Shown here: positions 1 to 8,473 of the stretch, piece after piece | How the letters are laid out: every line of letters begins with the position of its first letter | Position numbering within the stretch: position 1 is the first letter of the stretch | Origin: an uncultured Myxococcales bacterium | GTDB lineage: Bacteria > Myxococcota_A > Polyangia > Polyangiales > Houyiibacteriaceae | DNA length: 35,290 bases | NCBI GenBank assembly: GCA_965365555.1 | Contig: CBDUCC010000001.1 | Span: forward strand, 1 to 35,290 | Direction: 5' to 3' | Program-made: the position numbers and the translations under genes | The notes under the pieces: generated by a model | What the model was told of the DNA's origin: nothing | The model's input: the letters and a program-made list of their open reading frames with translations, nothing else | Databases searched by the model: none

Positions 1-1010
1 GTCTACGTGTCTTCGCCGGGATGTTTCGCACGCATCCGCCGCTCGACGAGCGCATCCGTAGGCTCGAACCGCAATGGAACGGTCGGTTTCCCGAGGTCGA
101 CATGCCGTCCATCGCCGACGGGATGAGCACCCCGCCAGGGCCGCCCGCCGGTGACCTCCTCGCGTTTGCGGAGGCGCCCTCCGAGGAGGCCGTCAACGAT
201 GCGATTCTGCACATCGGCAGCCCGAGGCCGGAGCAGATCAATTTTGCCCGTTCACTCCATGCCGCACTTCCCGAGATCTGGCGTCATGCGGTTCATCAGG
301 AGCCAATGGCCCAGGCCATCGTGTTCGGGCTTCTCCTATCAGCGGACGAGATCCGTCGAGGCACCGAGCTCGTTGCACTTGCCGAGCTCACCGATCCGCC
401 GACCGCCGATCTCGCACTTCGGTTTCATGCCGAGTCGCGAGAGCTTTCTTCTGCGCACAAGATTGCTCTCGTCGACATCATGATGCCCACACTTCGAGGG
501 CTTTCTGTGGAGGAGTGGGACCGATTTCGAGTAGCCATCGATGCCCTGATGCGAAGTGACCGCCGCATCGACCTCTTCGAGTATACGCTGAGCCGGATGA
601 TCCAGCGCCATCTGACGAGGTTTTTCGAGGAGAGGGGACCTACTGCCGTGCAGCATCGATCTCTCAAGCGCCTGCAACCCGATGCGCGCGTACTTCTATC
701 CACGCTCGCACGCACCGGGAGCCGCAACGAGGAGGAGGCTACCATCGCATTTCGACACGGCGTGCACGCACTGCCACTTCGCGGTGAGGCCGCCAGGTTG
801 CTGCCCAGCAGCCGCTGCACGCTCGCGGCCGTCGACGAGGCACTCGCTCGCTACGATGCCGCCACTCCGGCGCTCAAGCGAAGTCTCATGCTGGCGTGTG
901 CAGCGGCCGTCATGGCGGACGACCGAGTGACCGATCCCGAGGCGGAGCTCCTGCGGGCCATCGGTGACGGGCTCGATTGTCCAGTTCCTCCTTTTGTGCA
1001 ATCTCGCTAG
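1..1010 (+). CDS. M48-family (HtpX-like) metallopeptidase, C-terminal part; the 5' end lies outside the window
   Basis: The frame is open back to base 3 (LRVFAGMFRTHPPLDERIRRLE). THPPLxERI is the conserved C-terminal motif of M48/HtpX peptidases. A ~300-aa helical domain follows, ending in a TerB-like stretch (DDRVTDPEAELLRAIGDGL). GC3 is high. Stop TAG at 1008-1010. Confidence 0.7.
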   Translation, partial: LRVFAGMFRTHPPLDERIRRLEPQWNGRFPEVDMPSIADGMSTPPGPPAGDLLAFAEAPSEEAVNDAILHIGSPRPEQINFARSLHAALPEIWRHAVHQEPMAQAIVFGLLLSADEIRRGTELVALAELTDPPTADLALRFHAESRELSSAHKIALVDIMMPTLRGLSVEEWDRFRVAIDALMRSDRRIDLFEYTLSRMIQRHLTRFFEERGPTAVQHRSLKRLQPDARVLLSTLARTGSRNEEEATIAFRHGVHALPLRGEAARLLPSSRCTLAAVDEALARYDAATPALKRSLMLACAAAVMADDRVTDPEAELLRAIGDGLDCPVPPFVQSR

Positions 1011-1025
1011 CGTCGAGGGAGAGGT

Positions 1026-1382
1026 ATGGACACACACAACGTATATGAGACGGACGACGAGGTTCAGGCGCTGGCGCTCCAGGAAGCGCTAGAGTCCGCC
1101 GGAATCGCTGCTGTCCTCGTCAATCATCGTGACACCGCCTACCCCGGAATCACCGACCGGCTCCGGCATGGCACCGAGATTCGAGTCGAGGCCGACCAGG
1201 TCGGCGCGGCGACCCAGCTGATCGAGGAGTTTCTGGCCGCTCAACCCGTGGAAGGGCCTCCCATTGCCCCTCCGCCGAGCGCGGGACCGGCGCCCGGTGT
1301 GAAGGGACCGGGGTGGCTCGTCATCAGCCTGATATTACTCGGTTTATTGGGAGCGGCAGCTTATTTACTAAATGGCAATTAA
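1026..1382 (+). CDS. Small protein with a DUF2007-like N-terminal domain, a Pro-rich linker and a C-terminal TM helix
   Basis: ATG at 1026 is preceded by GGGAGAGG. The N-terminus (YETDDEVQALALQEALESAGIAAVLVN) resembles the DUF2007 'putative signal transducing' fold. A PPIAPPPSAGPAPG linker and the hydrophobic tail WLVISLILLGLLGAAAYLL follow. It starts 15 nt after the M48 gene, so it is probably co-transcribed. Confidence 0.55.
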   Translation: MDTHNVYETDDEVQALALQEALESAGIAAVLVNHRDTAYPGITDRLRHGTEIRVEADQVGAATQLIEEFLAAQPVEGPPIAPPPSAGPAPGVKGPGWLVISLILLGLLGAAAYLLNGN

Positions 1383-1385
1383 GTC

Positions 1386-1427
1386 TTGGATCTCATCCGG
1401 ATCTGCGCTACTAATTAACGATTAGTA
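1386..1427 (+). promoter_or_regulatory. Candidate promoter/operator in an AT-rich gap: TTGGAT-N17-TACTAA, with the -10 inside the inverted repeat TACTAAT-N5-ATTAGTA (1409-1427)
   Basis: Read directly. TTGGAT lies at 1386-1391 and TACTAA at 1409-1414. The perfect 7-bp inverted-repeat arms lie at 1409-1415 and 1421-1427. The element sits immediately upstream of the small ORF at 1442. Each hexamer matches the sigma-70 consensus at only 3 of 6 positions. Confidence 0.25.
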
Positions 1428-1441
1428 AAGGACGCGCACCG

Positions 1442-1621
1442 ATGGATGTGATGCAGACATACGAACTCCGGGAGCTGGCCAAGCTCCTCAACTGGAACCC
1501 CGCCCACTGCAAGGTGATCCTGCGCCAGTTGGGTGCGGATCCGACGCAGCCGATCGACGAAGATACGGCCGCCAAGGTCGCCCAGAAGATTCGCCGCGCC
1601 TGGCCGCCGGTCGCTGCCTAA
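1442..1621 (+). CDS. Small hypothetical protein, 59 aa (below the ORF-track cutoff)
   Basis: ATG at 1442 has an SD-like AAGGA 9 nt upstream. Translation: MDVMQTYELRELAKLLNWNPAHCKVILRQLGADPTQPIDEDTAAKVAQKIRRAWPPVAA. Codons are strongly G/C-ending, like the real genes here. Stop TAA at 1619-1621 overlaps the stop of the convergent GMC gene. I recognise no family. Confidence 0.4.
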   Translation: MDVMQTYELRELAKLLNWNPAHCKVILRQLGADPTQPIDEDTAAKVAQKIRRAWPPVAA

Positions 1622-3276
1622 ACGGCGTCCTCCCGGATCAGCGCGGCGGCTCGTTCGCCGATCATCATGCTGGGCGCGTTCGTGTTGCCGCCCGTCACCA
1701 TCGGCATGATCGACGCATCCGCCACACGCAGTCCGTCCACACCCCGTACACGCAGCCTTGGGTCCACGACGGCGCTGCCATCGACACCCATCTTACACGT
1801 TCCCACGGGGTGATAGACTGTTGTCGCTCGGAGCTTGATCTCTTCGACGAGCGCTTCGTCACTCGAACGTTCCGGTCCCGGCGTGAGCTCTTGTCGAAGG
1901 TGCACCGACATCGCGGGGTGCGCGCATATCGCCCGGCATATTCGGATGGCGCGCAATAGGAGTTGCAGATCTTCGGGCTCTTCGAGGAACGCTGGGTCGA
2001 TCTGCGGTGCATCTCCCGGCCGACTGGAGCTCAACAGAAGCTGGCCTCGGCTCTTTGGGTAGATGAGGGTTGCCATCACCGTGAGACAATGACCGGTATC
2101 GATCTCCGGTGGCTCCGGCCCGTCTTGGTTCGGACTCGGATACCCCCAAGGTAGGGTGTGGATCTGAACGTCCGGGATTCGGGCGGCCTCGTGACTCTTG
2201 ATGAACGCCCCGGCTTCGAACACGGTGCGACCGAACCATCCATTGCCGGCCAGGTACTCCTTCATCATCCCGCCGAAGAAGTGGAAAGCGGTGCCGCGAT
2301 GGAGGCTCGTTGGTGCGCGATACACGAGCGGCACGAACAGGTGATCGTGCAGGTTCCCGCCGACCCCCGGCGAGTCTACAACCACTTCGATGCCATGGGA
2401 GCGGAGGTGTGCGGCGGGCCCGATTCCAGAGAGCATGAGGAGCTGTGGGGAACCGATTGCGCCTCCCGAAACGACCACTTCTCGCGTGGCGCGAGCTCGA
2501 TGCATCCCGTCCGGCTGCTCGTAATCAACGCCGACCGCACGTCCGTCTTCGATCACGAGACGATGAGCGAAAGCACGCATCTCGACGCGAAAGTTCGGTC
2601 GCTCGAGTGCCGGCTGCACGTAGCACTCGCCAACGCCACTTCGAACACCATCCGCCGCCGACATCTGGAACATCGAGGCGCACTCCTGGTTCTCTGCGTT
2701 GAAATCGTCTCCGATGGGTACACCGCACACGGACGAGGTTGCCTCGATGAAGGCGTTCGACACGGGGCTGATCTGGGTGGCGGGATGGCGCGAGATTCGG
2801 ACGGGGCCGTCTCCGCCATGGTATTCACTTTCGCCGTCTTGGTGCGACTCGAGCTTCTTGTAGAAGGGAAGGACGTCGTCGTAGCTCCACCCCTCGCAGC
2901 CTGCAGCCGCCCAGTCATCGTAGTTCTGCCGATGACCTCGAAGGTACAGCATTCCGTTGACCGAGCTCGAGCCGCCGATGACTTTGCCGCGCGTGTATGG
3001 AAGTCGGCGTCCATTGAGGTGCGCTTGCGGCACCGTGGTGAAGCCCCAGTCGTACTTCTTCTTCAGTTGCTTCACCTGTTGGACCAGGCTGATCATCCCG
3101 GGCTTGCGAACGAAGGTGGTTCGATCCGAGCCACCTGCCTCGAGCAGTAGGACCCGCAGAGCCGGATCCTCCGAGAGCCGGCTCGCGATGATCCCGCCGG
3201 CCGATCCCGAGCCTACGACGATGTAGTCGTACTCGTCCGAGTGGTTCGGGTTCCGAGGCAGAGTGAATTTTCGCAT
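1618..3276 (-). CDS. GMC-family FAD oxidoreductase (choline dehydrogenase-like)
   Basis: N-terminal FAD fold YDYIVVGSGSAGGIIASRLSED. GMC signature GKVIGGSSSVNGMLYLRG. C-terminal active-site region TTVYHPVGTCKMG...VVDPRLRVRGVDGLRVADASIMP. The 552-aa length is typical of the family. Confidence 0.9.
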   Translation of the reverse strand: MRKFTLPRNPNHSDEYDYIVVGSGSAGGIIASRLSEDPALRVLLLEAGGSDRTTFVRKPGMISLVQQVKQLKKKYDWGFTTVPQAHLNGRRLPYTRGKVIGGSSSVNGMLYLRGHRQNYDDWAAAGCEGWSYDDVLPFYKKLESHQDGESEYHGGDGPVRISRHPATQISPVSNAFIEATSSVCGVPIGDDFNAENQECASMFQMSAADGVRSGVGECYVQPALERPNFRVEMRAFAHRLVIEDGRAVGVDYEQPDGMHRARATREVVVSGGAIGSPQLLMLSGIGPAAHLRSHGIEVVVDSPGVGGNLHDHLFVPLVYRAPTSLHRGTAFHFFGGMMKEYLAGNGWFGRTVFEAGAFIKSHEAARIPDVQIHTLPWGYPSPNQDGPEPPEIDTGHCLTVMATLIYPKSRGQLLLSSSRPGDAPQIDPAFLEEPEDLQLLLRAIRICRAICAHPAMSVHLRQELTPGPERSSDEALVEEIKLRATTVYHPVGTCKMGVDGSAVVDPRLRVRGVDGLRVADASIMPMVTGGNTNAPSMMIGERAAALIREDAV

Positions 3277-3298
3277 TCCGATCCGTAAGTTCCTGAAA

Positions 3299-5017
3299 TC
3301 AAGTTTGTTTTGGGGGGGCTGCGTGTCCCAGGGCGGGGATGAGGCCGGAGTGGCGCCGGGCTCGACGGGCGAGGGCGCTGAGCAGCACCTCTTTGGGGCC
3401 CACGATGCGCACGCGCTGCCGGGCGCGGCTCAAGGCGGTGTAGAGCAGCTCGCGGGTGAGAAGTGGTGCGTCCTCCTCCGGCAGAATCAGCAGGACTTCA
3501 TCGAACTCGGAGCCTTGCGCTTTGTGAACGCTGAGCGCGTACGCATCCGAATAGCGCGGAAGACGGGCCTCCGCGATCGCGCGCGCCTTTCCTTCCTCGC
3601 CCTGGATATACCCTATGCGCAGCTCGCCTTCTCGGATCATCGCGAAGTCACCATTGTACACTCGCAGCTCGTTGCTGTTCTCCTCGATCAGGATCGGATG
3701 CGCGGGCGCGAAGCTCGAGCCTCGCACGGTCAGGCGTTCTTGGATCGCGGCACTGAGGCGACGCGTCCCTCTTGGGCCCTTGCGAAACGGAGTCAGCACC
3801 ACGTACTCCTCGCGCTTTTTGAAATGCTCTTCGACGTCGGTCGTCTCCACGATGGACGTCCATCGTTTCGCCGACCGGTCGAGCTCCTCCGACAGATTCT
3901 CGCCCGGCGACCAGACGATGTCCTCCTGCCCCGATCCCTCGACAAGCCCCTCCACGCGTTCGCGATCGCCAGCTCGAACCGCCTCGATCATCTTGCCTAG
4001 GGGCCGGGTTGCGTCGTAGCGGTACGTCTTGGTGAGAGTGGTCATTCGGTTCTTCCACCAGGTCTCAGAGCCTGCGGTCACCAGGTCTTGGAGAACCGAG
4101 CCCGCTTCGACTGAGGTCAACTGGTTCGGATCGCCGACGACGATCAGTCTTGCATCCGGTCTCGTCGCTTGGAGAAGCTGGTGCATCAGCGCCAGGTCGA
4201 TCATCGAGGCTTCGTCGACTACGATGACGTCGGCCTCGAGTGGCCGCTCGGCGTTTCGGGAAAACCGCATCCCCGAGCTCCGCATCCCTAGTGCGCGCTG
4301 CACTGTCGACGCCTCGGTCGGAATGGCATCGAGCACCGTCATGGGGACGTCGATCCTGGACTTCGCGCGTCGTACCGCATCTCCCAGACGCGCCGCGGCC
4401 TTGCCGGTCGGGGCGAGCAGTAGGATGCTCGGTGCTGGCTCACCCCGCGCGCCCGCCTCTTCGATCAGCCCGGCCAGGATGGCCGAGACGGTCGTAGTCT
4501 TTCCGGTCCCGGGGCCGCCGCAGAGCAGCGAGATGCGATGCGCGAGCGCCGTCCGTGCGGCATGAGCTCCGGGCGAGGTCGGACCGTCCGGGAACAGTCG
4601 CCCAAGTCGTTCATCCCGCACGTCCTCGGGAGAGTGATCGAGCGACAGGCCCTCCGAGCGCGCCGCGAGCGTGCTGGCGATCTTCTGCTCGAGCTCCCAG
4701 TAGCGCCGAAGGTAGAGACGGCCGTCCGAGTCCAGCACGAGAGGGCCGCGTTCGCAGAGCGGGCTTGCAGCGAGTCTCCGGATCCAGCTGGTGCGCTCCG
4801 GCAGCGCTCCGGAGAGCAACCTCTCGGTCGGCCAGACCTGGTCGTCGCTCAACCGCATCGGAAAGCAACTATGGCCTTGGCGAACGCTTCGGCTCGTCAA
4901 CGCGATCGCCAGGGCCGTGTCTTCGTCGTCGGTGTTGGCGATGCGACAGAGCGCCCGAGCCAACTCGAGGTCGAGTAGCTCCAGCAGGCCTCGGGCGCGG
5001 AGCTCAGCCAAGGTCAT
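3299..5017 (-). CDS. recD: Exodeoxyribonuclease V alpha subunit RecD
   Basis: SF1 helicase motifs are present: Walker A CGGPGTGKTTTV, Walker B VIVVDEASMIDL, VVGDPNQLTSVEAG, and C-terminal ALSVHKAQGSEFDEV. The gene follows recC-recB and overlaps the recB stop by 14 nt. Confidence 0.9.
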   Translation of the reverse strand: MTLAELRARGLLELLDLELARALCRIANTDDEDTALAIALTSRSVRQGHSCFPMRLSDDQVWPTERLLSGALPERTSWIRRLAASPLCERGPLVLDSDGRLYLRRYWELEQKIASTLAARSEGLSLDHSPEDVRDERLGRLFPDGPTSPGAHAARTALAHRISLLCGGPGTGKTTTVSAILAGLIEEAGARGEPAPSILLLAPTGKAAARLGDAVRRAKSRIDVPMTVLDAIPTEASTVQRALGMRSSGMRFSRNAERPLEADVIVVDEASMIDLALMHQLLQATRPDARLIVVGDPNQLTSVEAGSVLQDLVTAGSETWWKNRMTTLTKTYRYDATRPLGKMIEAVRAGDRERVEGLVEGSGQEDIVWSPGENLSEELDRSAKRWTSIVETTDVEEHFKKREEYVVLTPFRKGPRGTRRLSAAIQERLTVRGSSFAPAHPILIEENSNELRVYNGDFAMIREGELRIGYIQGEEGKARAIAEARLPRYSDAYALSVHKAQGSEFDEVLLILPEEDAPLLTRELLYTALSRARQRVRIVGPKEVLLSALARRARRHSGLIPALGHAAPPKQT

Positions 5018-7133
5018 TGCTACCTCCGAGCCAGTCGTCGATCGCCATGAGGAGCTCGGGCGTTTGTCGGTCGAAGAACACGCTTGCTCCCGGCATGTCG
5101 GGGCCCTTCATGCCCCGCAGGAACAAGAAGAGCGCACCCCCCCAGTGCTCGCGTGGGTCGTATGCCGGCACACGCTGGCGAAGGTATCGCTGCGCCGCTG
5201 CGGAGTAGAGCAGGCCTTGCAAGACGTAGTGCTCTCGCTGAACGGCTTCTCGGATTTCCCGGGGTCCGTAGCTCGGGAGCGTATTCGACTTGTAGTCGGC
5301 CACGTACCATCGACCGTTCCACTCGAACATGAGGTCGATGTAGCCGCGCAAGAACGATTGCAGCGATTGCGCCCCGAGCCCCGCGAGCCGATCGACGTAC
5401 TCGGGAGCTGAGGACGGAGCGCGGTGCTCTCGCAGCACCTCGGCGAGATCGTCCAGACGCGAACGGGAGGCGCTCAGTGTGAACTCGAGCTCACGGAGCT
5501 GTCGATCCGAAGCGAGGTCCGCAAGGCCCGGACAATCCGGCGTCTCGAAGAGCGGCATCGAGCTCGCCGTGAGCAGGTCGCTCTGTACCTGCTCGGCCAG
5601 GGCGTCACTGAATCCGTGCGTGCGCAGCTCGCGTTCGATCTGCGCCCTCGCCAGGTCGCCTCCGACCGAGTCCATACGGACCTTTTCCAGGATCGAGTGC
5701 AGAAGCAGACCGGTCCGCGTGCCCCCGGGCAGGAAGGAGAAGAGCTCGGAGCGTGGCTCATCGTCGGAGGACGCACGCGGGCCCGGCGTCTTCTCCTGCT
5801 GACCGGTGAGGCTCGTGAAGCTTGCGATCCGGGGCGAGAGATCGAACCCCCGAGTTTGCTTGCGTGCAGCCAGCGTGGTGACGGGCCGGACCTGCTCGAA
5901 CGGCTGCGAGGTCTCGGGCCCGGGCACGCGCCAGCCGATCGTGCCCTCCGACCGCTTCGCCAACGCCTCGACCGCCGCCAACATCTCCTCCTCCGAGGTC
6001 TTCGCCGAAGGGGTCTCTCCGTGGAGCAGGTAGCCAAGCGCCGATTTGCGCCAATTGGCTCGGCGACCCCAGAAGAGCGTGCAGCGGTGTTTGGCGCGCG
6101 TCACCGCCACGTAGAGCACCCGCAAGGCCTCCGAGAGGGCCTCATGCTCTGCCTTGTCGCGGTGCGCCGCGTGCTCCGCGGAGCCCAGATCCACCCGAAT
6201 CGAACCATCGTCATCGTGATACTTGAGTATCGAGCTGTCGCTTCCCCGCAGGCCTGCATCGCCCCAGGGAAACGGACAGAAGACGAAGCCATACTCGAGC
6301 CCCTTGCTCTTGTGAATCGTCGTGACCCGCACCGCTCCGGACTCGGCATCCGGGCGCTGCTGAAGCTGCTCGGAGCCGCCGAGGCCGTCGCCCGAGCCGC
6401 CTTGCCCGAGCCTTCGATACCATTGCATCAGCGCCACCGGGTCCCGGTGCCGCTCTCGCTCGCCGCGCATGAGCAGCTCCTCCAGGTGAAGCAGGTCCGT
6501 CAGCTCGCGGCGTGGCGCCGGTCCCGCTGCAAGCCGTCCTGCGGCCCCGCTCTCGTGAAGCGCTCCTTCGAGCAAGCGGGCCACGCCCTGGCTTTTCCAG
6601 GTATCGTGCCAGCCCTGGAAGCGGGAGACCCACAGGGTCCATTCGTCATCCGGCATCGAGGCGAGCTCGTTCGCACGGACGCCGAGCAGTGGCGTGAGAA
6701 GCGCACGGCGAACGGTCCGCGCATCACCCGGCATCAAGGCGGCCTCGAGCACGGCTTGCAGGCTGGCTGCGACTTCGGTCCTCAGAACGCTGGAATCCCC
6801 GTCGAGCGACGCCGGTATTCTGAGTGCTCGAAGCGCTTCGGTGACCAGGCGCGCCTTCTCATTGCTGCGACAAAGAACCGCGACATCGTCCGGTGCGATC
6901 GCCCGATTCTCGATCGTCGTACCCGAGCGAAGTAGCCGAGCCACTTCCTGTGCCACGAGCTCCGGAACCGAGCGCCGATCTTCGCCATCCTTCCCGACGA
7001 ACAGCACTTCCATCGCCGGCTCGATTGTGGCCCGGTTGTCGGCGTGGTGTGCCTTTGCCGGCTGGAAGCGAATCGCATCCAGCCCAAACGCAGGCTCTCG
7101 GGTCTCTAACAGAGGGTTGACCGCGCTCACCAT
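5004..7133 (-). CDS. recB: RecB C-terminal fragment (helicase 2A/2B plus nuclease domain); the frame is actually open upstream to about 7174
   Basis: Upstream of the listed Met the same frame reads RYSLDTNRRSDPSMVSAVN, the block that follows FRGAD in RecB. It contains VTTIHKSKGLEY and LLYVAVTRAK (UvrD-like motifs V/VI). It also contains the RecB-family nuclease motif GYIDLMFEWNGRWYVADYKSN. Confidence 0.85.
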   Translation of the reverse strand: MVSAVNPLLETREPAFGLDAIRFQPAKAHHADNRATIEPAMEVLFVGKDGEDRRSVPELVAQEVARLLRSGTTIENRAIAPDDVAVLCRSNEKARLVTEALRALRIPASLDGDSSVLRTEVAASLQAVLEAALMPGDARTVRRALLTPLLGVRANELASMPDDEWTLWVSRFQGWHDTWKSQGVARLLEGALHESGAAGRLAAGPAPRRELTDLLHLEELLMRGERERHRDPVALMQWYRRLGQGGSGDGLGGSEQLQQRPDAESGAVRVTTIHKSKGLEYGFVFCPFPWGDAGLRGSDSSILKYHDDDGSIRVDLGSAEHAAHRDKAEHEALSEALRVLYVAVTRAKHRCTLFWGRRANWRKSALGYLLHGETPSAKTSEEEMLAAVEALAKRSEGTIGWRVPGPETSQPFEQVRPVTTLAARKQTRGFDLSPRIASFTSLTGQQEKTPGPRASSDDEPRSELFSFLPGGTRTGLLLHSILEKVRMDSVGGDLARAQIERELRTHGFSDALAEQVQSDLLTASSMPLFETPDCPGLADLASDRQLRELEFTLSASRSRLDDLAEVLREHRAPSSAPEYVDRLAGLGAQSLQSFLRGYIDLMFEWNGRWYVADYKSNTLPSYGPREIREAVQREHYVLQGLLYSAAAQRYLRQRVPAYDPREHWGGALFLFLRGMKGPDMPGASVFFDRQTPELLMAIDDWLGGSNDLG

Positions 7134-8473
7134 CGAAGGATCCGAGCGCCGGTTCGTGTCGAGGCTGTATCGGGGTCCGCTACGTCGTTCGCTGCGGCGA
7201 TGTACGAGAACACGTCCGCCCCGCGGAACGAGTAGATCGCCTGCTTCGGGTCACCGACGTAGACCGCAGAGCCTTCGCCGTAGATGCTTCGAAAGATCGC
7301 ATACTGAACCGAATCGGTATCCTGGAACTCGTCGACCAGCGCCAACGGATACCCGCTGGCGATCGTCATGGCCGCCGACTCGCGCGCAGCGGCCGAACGG
7401 TCTGTCAACGAGCGGTGGACCGCGCTCAGGAGGTCGTCGTAGGAGAGTGTCCCGGTCCTTGCGGTGCGCGCCACGCGTTCGGATTCGACGTAGGAGAGGA
7501 AGCGCGTCTTGAAGGCGAAGACGGCGTAGTCGAGCATCGGTTGCACCTGCCTCGTCGCTTCGACGAGCGTTGCGCACGCGTCGAAGAACTGATGCTCCGG
7601 CTCCGCATGGCCGTTCTTCAGGCTCATCTCACCAGCGGCCAACTTCGGCAGGAAATCGGGCGAATCGTCGATGCCATCCTTGGCGAAATAGTCGTCGAGC
7701 TGTCTGCCCCAGGTCTCCATGCTCTTCTTCGGATACCGATTCCGGTGGAGACCCGGTTCGTCCCGAAGGATCTCGATTACCTGATCGCGCTGCTCGAACC
7801 AAGCAGAGGCCGCCGACCGCTTCGCCTCCAGGGCTCGGTCCATCGACCCGTCGTCCATCTCGATCGGCTCCGGTCCGACAACTCCGACTCCGGGCATCGC
7901 GCACTTGTTGGCGATCTCGGTAAGGTGCTTGGGAGTCACCTTCTCGTCGGCCAGGGCGCGCACCAGCCACTCGGGTTGCCTGTGCAGGTCCGACGCCCAG
8001 AAGTCGTTGGCGAGCGCCGCGTGAAGCGCGGATAGGTCTTCGGCGACTTCGAAATCGAAGTCGATTCCGAAGACCAGGGGATGGTCTTGAAGCAGGCGCT
8101 GGCAGAAGCCGTGGATGGTGAAGATGGCCGCCTGATCCATCGAACCCAACGCGGTTCGAAGCCGGCGCTCCAGTTCCGCCCGTCCGTGGTGCTCGCTTGC
8201 CTGCGAGAGAATGTCATCCAAGACGTCCGGTTCGCCGCCGCGCCCCTCGAGCCGAGCCAGAGCGTCGACGATGCGCTCTCGAGCGCGCGTGCGAAGCTCC
8301 GAGGTGGCCGCCCGCGTGTACGTCACGACCAGGATGTCCTTCGGACTAAGACCCTGTTCCACGATTCCGCGCACGAAGTACGTCGTGATCGTATAGGTCT
8401 TGCCCGTTCCAGCGCTGGCTTCCACCAGCGTTGGCGCATCGAGTGGAGCGAAGGCCGGGTGGGCGAGCGTCAC
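7127..8473 (-). CDS. recB: RecB N-terminal fragment (helicase 1A/1B), truncated by a frameshift
   Basis: GTG start overlaps the recC stop (GTGA). Walker A EASAGTGKTYTI, LALVDEFQDTD and VGDPKQAIYSFRGADVF are present. After ...AAANDVADP the frame runs 15 unrelated residues to a stop. Confidence 0.85.
   Translation of the reverse strand: MTLAHPAFAPLDAPTLVEASAGTGKTYTITTYFVRGIVEQGLSPKDILVVTYTRAATSELRTRARERIVDALARLEGRGGEPDVLDDILSQASEHHGRAELERRLRTALGSMDQAAIFTIHGFCQRLLQDHPLVFGIDFDFEVAEDLSALHAALANDFWASDLHRQPEWLVRALADEKVTPKHLTEIANKCAMPGVGVVGPEPIEMDDGSMDRALEAKRSAASAWFEQRDQVIEILRDEPGLHRNRYPKKSMETWGRQLDDYFAKDGIDDSPDFLPKLAAGEMSLKNGHAEPEHQFFDACATLVEATRQVQPMLDYAVFAFKTRFLSYVESERVARTARTGTLSYDDLLSAVHRSLTDRSAAARESAAMTIASGYPLALVDEFQDTDSVQYAIFRSIYGEGSAVYVGDPKQAIYSFRGADVFSYIAAANDVADPDTASTRTGARILRW

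Noticed and set aside
5424-6935. A 503-aa ORF on the + strand inside recB
   Set aside because: It is an antisense shadow of a gene with unambiguous RecB motifs. Its composition is Arg/Leu/Gly-rich and it has no recognisable motif.
7160-7185. Programmed -1 ribosomal frameshifting as the explanation for the recB split
   Set aside because: There is no X_XXY_YYZ slippery heptamer (the site reads GAC CCC GAU). I see no obvious downstream stimulatory structure, and I know of no precedent in recB. A homopolymer indel is far more parsimonious.
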